From: an uncultured cyanobacterium
Lineage (GTDB): Bacteria > Cyanobacteriota > Cyanobacteriia > Cyanobacteriales > Nostocaceae
DNA: 64,000 nt
NCBI GenBank assembly: GCA_963740315.1
Contig: CAVUDP010000004.1
Coordinates: 973,415 to 1,037,414, forward strand
Direction: 5' to 3'
Shown here: one piece after another, positions 62,198-64,000 of the stretch
How the letters are laid out: each line of letters starts with the position of its first letter
Numbering within the stretch: position 1 is the stretch's first letter
The notes under the pieces: generated by a model
Told to the model about the DNA's origin: nothing
Seen by the model: only the letters and a program-made list of their open reading frames with translations
Databases searched by the model: none
Translations under genes and position numbers: made by a program

Positions 62198-62445
62198 ACA
62201 GTAATTATAATTGTGATTAACCCAAAGTATCCCGCTTAGTTAAAAATCAAAACTATTTATTTTAAAGATGGTATTAAAACGACGTTAACTTTAAAAATTA
62301 ATAGGTATAAAAAGCACACTTAATTATTACTTAGAAGAATTCTCTGACACTACAACCATGCTTTTACGAAACTCTAAAGTACTTTTCTATTTATTAGACT
62401 TCTCTATTTAAAACAACTGGAAAAATATTCAAAGCGATCGGTGCA

Positions 62446-62778
62446 TCATGATAAAGCAAGTAGCGATAAATTCTCGTCTTCATGAAATAATTTAATCGCA
62501 TTAAAATCCCGGCGCAGCAAATTTTCAAGTTGTAATGTCGAACAGTTTCCGAGACGAAGCCAAATAACTTTTGGCGGATTCCCCAATACTAAACTTAGGT
62601 CGTGCATATCCGCATCTTTCGAGACAATCATCAAATTATTGTGTTTTGCATAATCCCAAACTATTGGATCGATGGTTGCTTTCATGCCCACATCTCGAAC
62701 GTGAAGCGAATTTGGGAAAATATCGCTCAAACGGTTCGCTAACTTGGGCGACAAGTTTTCATCGAAAAGTAATTTCAT
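62446..62778 (-). CDS. DUF5615 family PIN-like toxin
   Basis: MKLLFDENLS, IVSKDAD, PPKVIWL. Confidence 0.88.
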   Translation of the reverse strand: MKLLFDENLSPKLANRLSDIFPNSLHVRDVGMKATIDPIVWDYAKHNNLMIVSKDADMHDLSLVLGNPPKVIWLRLGNCSTLQLENLLRRDFNAIKLFHEDENLSLLALS

Positions 62779-63005
62779 GCAGACAATGGTGCAGTCATAA
62801 ACCGACGCTCACGATCGGCAGCATAAGCAATGCAGGCTTTCAAATCTTCTCGCGTCAGATCGGGAAAATCGTCGAGAATTTCTGCTTCAGTCATCTCAGA
62901 AGCCAGGTAATCAAGCACTTCATAAACTGTAATTCGCAAGCCACGGACGCAAGGTTTACCACCGCGTTTCCCAGCCTCAATCGTAATGATGTCACGGTAG
63001 TTCAT
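62775..63005 (-). CDS. DUF433 family antitoxin
   Basis: GGKPCVRGLRITV, EILDDFPDLT. Confidence 0.92.
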   Translation of the reverse strand: MNYRDIITIEAGKRGGKPCVRGLRITVYEVLDYLASEMTEAEILDDFPDLTREDLKACIAYAADRERRFMTAPLSA

Positions 63006-63065
63006 AGGTTCTCACAATCATTAATTGTAATTATTTGTATATCTTACCGAAATGGAGATGAAGCA

Positions 63066-63153
63066 GCACAACGATGCGCTTGAGTAGCTACTAACAACAC
63101 TTAAACGAGATTTGCAAAGACCTTACTCGTCCGTTCCAACCGAATGGTTAGCT
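63066..63153 (-). other. Degenerate attC-like recombination site
   Basis: Minus strand GCTAAC-CATTCG-GTTGGAACGGAC...TACTCAA-GCGCATC-GTTGTGC; TAAC overlaps the stop codon of the upstream gene remnant. Confidence 0.45.
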
Positions 63154-63233
63154 GGCTGACGCTCTCGCTATTTTCATCAATAAGCGCAATGCTTCATTCA
63201 CCGCATCTTCGTTTGGAAATGCCTGAGCTACAT
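63148..63233 (-). pseudogene. C-terminal remnant of a small antitoxin-like gene
   Basis: Manual translation VAQAFPNEDAVNEALRLLMKIARASAS*. Confidence 0.5.
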
Positions 63234-63244
63234 GAGTGATCTAT

Positions 63245-63697
63245 TTATCCAATGGATTGCCAATGCGAAGCTGTAATAAACCGAGACAGATGAGCTACGT
63301 TAGTTGTAGCTACAATTACTTCTGTTTTCTCATCGCAAAGAAGACGGGCTTGAGCAGACAAAATCACATCCCCATCTAATGCTTTGGCATCAGCGGTGGG
63401 CTGTCCCATTTTCCTAGCTTCTGCCCATAATTCAGCCGCCAGAAGCATAGTATCAGTTTGAATCGGGATATATTCGAGGGTTTGCTTCAAATTGTCGAGC
63501 CGACGCAAACTTCGTAACAATCCTGCACGAAGAAGCTCGCGACGAACTTCATAATCTGAAATTTCTGGAATAGCAAACCTTTCTCCGCGTCGTAAAAGGG
63601 ATTTTAGCCAGAGTTGACAATCAAGGGGAGTACCCGTAGCTTTCGGATTCGTAACCATTCCCAAGGGACCAGAATCGAGTAAAATAAAACGATTCAT
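63245..63697 (-). CDS. PIN domain (VapC-like) toxin
   Basis: ILLDSGPLG, YEVRRE, DGDVIL, ATTNVAHL. Confidence 0.85.
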   Translation of the reverse strand: MNRFILLDSGPLGMVTNPKATGTPLDCQLWLKSLLRRGERFAIPEISDYEVRRELLRAGLLRSLRRLDNLKQTLEYIPIQTDTMLLAAELWAEARKMGQPTADAKALDGDVILSAQARLLCDEKTEVIVATTNVAHLSRFITASHWQSIG

Positions 63698-63996
63698 GGG
63701 AATAAGGGGCGATTAGATAACCTATCTTCATCCAAAGCAGTTTTCAAAAAATCCCAAGTTTGCTGATGTTCGGAGGCATCTTCAGTGTCATCTAGCCAGG
63801 AATCTAGAAGCTCGATCGCGGCTTGATTTTTCTGCGCTTGCTCGGCATCGATAACAGGTGAAGCGGTTGATGGAATCTTTTGTCGAAACTCGCGCAAAGT
63901 ATCAAGTAAATCTGACCAATACTCTCTAGGGGTAGCTTCAATTTCATGAAGCAGCACTTCGAGAGTAGTTGGAGGTGAGCTAGACTGGTTCGTCAT
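63694..63996 (-). CDS. Putative antitoxin
   Basis: 100 aa, acidic C-terminus ending LDEDRLSNRPLFP; 4-nt overlap with the PIN gene. Confidence 0.7.
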   Translation of the reverse strand: MTNQSSSPPTTLEVLLHEIEATPREYWSDLLDTLREFRQKIPSTASPVIDAEQAQKNQAAIELLDSWLDDTEDASEHQQTWDFLKTALDEDRLSNRPLFP

Positions 63997-64000
63997 ATTA

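Noticed and set aside
62571..63083. 170-aa + strand ORF
   Set aside because: Antisense to the well-supported DUF433/DUF5615 pair
1..64000. tRNA, rRNA or prophage genes
   Set aside because: None recognised by eye; a covariance-model scan would be needed to exclude small RNAs

Overview
The window comes from a heterocyst-forming cyanobacterium (Nostocales). The basis is frequent HIP1 GCGATCGC octamers, 7-bp STRR tandem repeats and the patB/cnfR-cox2 locus; a Rivularia/Calothrix-like identity is a guess. The strongest signal is that coxA of the heterocyst-type coxBAC operon, divergent from patB/cnfR, is split at its CuB-ligand HH codons by a minimal 1782-bp element. The element is bounded by a perfect 14-bp direct repeat, encodes only an XisA/XisC-like tyrosine recombinase, and carries three copies of a 24-bp arm-like motif. 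Precise excision would restore a 553-aa CoxA. Other notable items are: a divergent ndhH downstream of an AraC/FAD-monooxygenase pair; a dynamin-like GTPase plus Hsp70-fold gene pair (SrfC/SrfB-like); a RAYT transposase between inverted REP-derived arrays; a YehM-like gene with in-frame STRR insertions; a toxin-antitoxin module bracketed by a duplicated MFS 3' end; and an attC-like site in a TA cluster. Housekeeping and accessory genes include an M16 peptidase pair, hisG, an rppA-like regulator, cydAB, paoABC, a response regulator-TrxB fusion with a cNMP-domain histidine kinase, and stress genes. Three genes carry single frameshifts that could be sequencing errors. Family calls come from recognised motifs only; no database searches were run.
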